This document shows, one piece after another, positions 63,998-64,000 of a stretch of 64,000 nt of DNA. This stretch comes from Pristiophorus japonicus (Eukaryota): the NCBI RefSeq assembly GCF_044704955.1, contig NC_091980.1, forward strand, positions 255,068,001 through 255,132,000, in the 5' to 3' direction. The stretch's first letter is position 1. Each line of letters begins with the position of its first letter. The notes beneath the pieces were generated by a model that saw nothing but the letters and a program-made list of their open reading frames with translations, had not been told where the DNA came from and ran no database searches. The position numbers and the translations under genes were made by a program.

Positions 63998-64000
63998 AAT

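Overview
Eukaryotic (vertebrate) genomic DNA, most likely from a cartilaginous fish judging by the repeat families (inference). It holds two complete, convergent, intron-containing genes reconstructed by hand from GT-AG sites with consistent phase. CINP is on the + strand: 5 coding exons, join 1214-1220, 8331-8502, 9117-9237, 13870-13999, 21357-21559, 210 aa. ZNF839 is on the - strand: 8 coding exons from 60947 to 24255, 1269 aa, with an atypical C2H2 finger, an AT-hook-like motif and long Q/acidic regions. A canonical tRNA-Lys(CTT) gene (61521-61593, -) lies ~570 bp upstream of the ZNF839 ATG. The introns are filled with decayed retroelements: CR1 (several near full length, one nested, one tail-to-tail pair), L2-like, RTE, Penelope-like and SINEs; none has intact ORFs. 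The most interesting unexplained signals are a helically phased array of CCAAT boxes at the probably bidirectional CINP promoter, minimal hammerhead-ribozyme cores in Penelope termini, a ~2 kb inverted CR1 pair in CINP intron 4 carrying a 19-bp micro-inversion, a non-autonomous RTE-tailed element, and the tRNA-ZNF839 promoter juxtaposition. I found no prokaryotic-type system and cannot claim a demonstrably new system from sequence alone.
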